From: Methanotrichaceae archaeon
GTDB lineage: Archaea > Halobacteriota > Methanosarcinia > Methanotrichales > Methanotrichaceae
Reading direction: 5' to 3'
Assembly (NCBI GenBank): GCA_963803145.1
Contig: CAWDLW010000008.1
Span: 480,001-544,000 of the forward strand
DNA length: 64,000 nucleotides
The notes beneath the pieces are model-generated. The model worked only from the letters and a program-made list of their open reading frames with translations, was not told the origin of the DNA and did no database searches. The stretch's first letter is position 1. Each line of letters opens with the position of its first letter. Positions 62,220 to 64,000 of the stretch are shown here, piece by piece. A program made the translations under genes and the position numbers.

Positions 62220-62483
62220 TCATCTGCCTTTCCCTGCCGGCTTCTTGAGCCCAACAAGCGCCATCCAGGCCCCCACAATGATTGTGCTTCCGAAGAGAAT
62301 GATGCTCTGAGGCTGAAGCCCACTCGGATGATTCATGAGAACATCGATGCCCATAATAATGCTTCCTGCGCCTATGCCTATAACACTCAACCTAGCAGAA
62401 AAGGGATACAAGAGCATACCTATAGCTACCAGAGCAGCGGCGACGAGCAATGTGGGCGAGAACAAAGGGATGGATAAGATCAT
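62220..62483 (-). CDS. Small membrane protein
   Basis: Three hydrophobic segments. Confidence 0.65.
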   Translation of the reverse strand: MILSIPLFSPTLLVAAALVAIGMLLYPFSARLSVIGIGAGSIIMGIDVLMNHPSGLQPQSIILFGSTIIVGAWMALVGLKKPAGKGR

Positions 62484-62624
62484 GATTCATTCTCGGGCGG
62501 AAGTATACTTATAGTTTATTACTATTAATTAACAACCCATAATAATTCAGGCATTATCCCATTTGCCATTTATTGGACGTTGGTTCGCCATTTATTTACC
62601 CCTTCAACTCCCAACTTCTTCCCG

Positions 62625-63785
62625 ATGAAGAGGATCTACATGGATCATTCGGCCACAACGCCCGTGGCGCCCGAGGTTCTGGAGGCCATGCTGCCATATT
62701 TTTCGGAGAAGTTCGGCAACGCCTCCAGCCTCCACAGCTTCGGGCTTGAGGCCAAAGAGGCTCTGGAGACCAGCCGTGAAAAGGTCGCAAAGCTCTTGGG
62801 CGCGAACACAGAGGAGATAATCTTCACTTCGGGCGGCACTGAGTCTGATAATCTCGCGCTGAAGGGCATAGCCTACAGAAACAAAGAGAAAGGGAAGCAT
62901 ATAATCACAACAACTATTGAGCATCCTGCCATCCTGGAGGTCTGCCATAAGCTGGAGACCTTAGGATTTGAGGTAACATATCTGCCAGTTACAAACAAAG
63001 GCTTTGTCGATCCCGCGATGCTCGAATCAGCAATATGCAAAGATACAATACTGATCTCAGCCATGCATGCTAACAACGAAATAGGCACCATCCAGCCGCT
63101 GAAGGAAATAGGGAAAATAGCCGCTGAGAGGGATATCTACTTCCATACGGATGCTGTCCAGAGCGCCGGCAAGATTCCGATTGATGTAAATGATATGGGG
63201 CTTGATCTTCTCTCGCTGTCTGCTCATAAGCTCTATGGGCCGAAGGGCGTTGGAGCGCTGTATGTCCGCAAGGGCGCGAAGCTTGAGAGCATCACCCAGG
63301 GCGGTGGGCATGAGAGGAACCTGCGCTCAGGCACTGAGAATATCTCAGGTATTGTAGGCCTTGCCAAAGCTGCTGAGCTGGCCCAGCAGGTCATGGGCGA
63401 AGAAGCAGAACGGCTGACTAAGCTGCGCGATAGGCTCGCAAAGCTTGTTTTGGATAATGTGAAAGAGTGCTGGATCAACGGCTCAATGACGAACAGGCTT
63501 CCCTCAAACTTGAACTTCAGCTTCAAATATATCGAGGGCGAATCGCTGCTGCTCTTCCTCGACTCAAAAGGGATTGCTGTTTCAACAGGCTCAGCCTGCT
63601 CGTCAAAGAAGCTTGAGCCTTCTCATGTGCTCCTGGCGCTTGGGTTAAGCCCTGTGGATTGCCACGGCTCGCTGAGAACCACATTAGGGAGATCAAACAC
63701 AGAAGAAGACATAGATTATGCAGCCGGAGCCATTAAAGAGGCAGTCGAGAGGTTCAGAAGCATCTCTGCATTGGGGAGATCTTAA
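62625..63785 (+). CDS. nifS: Cysteine desulfurase
   Basis: YMDHSATTP, FTSGGTESDN, SAHK (PLP Lys), STGSAC. Confidence 0.95.
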   Translation: MKRIYMDHSATTPVAPEVLEAMLPYFSEKFGNASSLHSFGLEAKEALETSREKVAKLLGANTEEIIFTSGGTESDNLALKGIAYRNKEKGKHIITTTIEHPAILEVCHKLETLGFEVTYLPVTNKGFVDPAMLESAICKDTILISAMHANNEIGTIQPLKEIGKIAAERDIYFHTDAVQSAGKIPIDVNDMGLDLLSLSAHKLYGPKGVGALYVRKGAKLESITQGGGHERNLRSGTENISGIVGLAKAAELAQQVMGEEAERLTKLRDRLAKLVLDNVKECWINGSMTNRLPSNLNFSFKYIEGESLLLFLDSKGIAVSTGSACSSKKLEPSHVLLALGLSPVDCHGSLRTTLGRSNTEEDIDYAAGAIKEAVERFRSISALGRS

Positions 63786-63907
63786 TGCTCGTAATAGATA
63801 ATGGTCGTGATCGACCATAAATCGTAGGCTGTTGATATTGGTTATTGGTGGCAGCAATCATCTGTGCCAATAACCATTAACTATATCCATTAGTCACCGG
63901 TCGCACT

Positions 63908-64000
63908 TTAGTCTTCAGCTGCTCTGCGTGTGAGAACTGCAACGCCTCTCTTCATCGCAAGCATCTCCTCCGGTGCGAGAACTGCCTTGCCAGTAGCCAG
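63908..64000 (-). CDS. C-terminus of a PUA-domain-like protein (partial)
   Basis: LATGKAVLAPEEMLAMKRGVAVLTRRAAED*. Confidence 0.5.
   Translation of the reverse strand: MATGKAVLAPEEMLAMKRGVAVLTRRAAED

Overview
This looks like archaeal chromosomal DNA, most likely a Methanothrix/Methanosaeta-type methanogen (inferred from gene content, TATA-box promoters and a PGF-CTERM-like signal; not verified). 1-3.9 kb: transposase fragments and nucleotide-sugar biosynthesis genes. About 4.5-29.5 kb: a highly dynamic mosaic containing about 10 co-oriented copies of an unnamed structured repeat (core about 100 bp, full unit about 300 bp). Most copies lie just downstream of a minus-strand cargo: type II toxin-antitoxin pairs, acylphosphatase-coiled-coil genes or secreted proteins. 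The layout resembles an integron cassette array, but I see no integrase and no canonical attC. An intact IS110 has inserted into one repeat copy, and its non-coding end carries sequences matching both the repeat target and its own end, as expected of a bridge RNA. The rest of the window holds an IS5-family element in a HEPN toxin remnant, an intact tnpB-only IS200/IS605 element, orphan IS605 ends, many secreted proteins, an M3B peptidase, a curlin-like protein, an RNB-domain ribonuclease and a PAS hybrid kinase. It ends with a broken WD40-Roc-cyclase gene, tRNA-Pro(GGG) (with a degenerate duplicate of its 3' half 16.5 kb away) and a cysteine desulfurase. All alignments were made by eye, and some frameshifts could be assembly errors.
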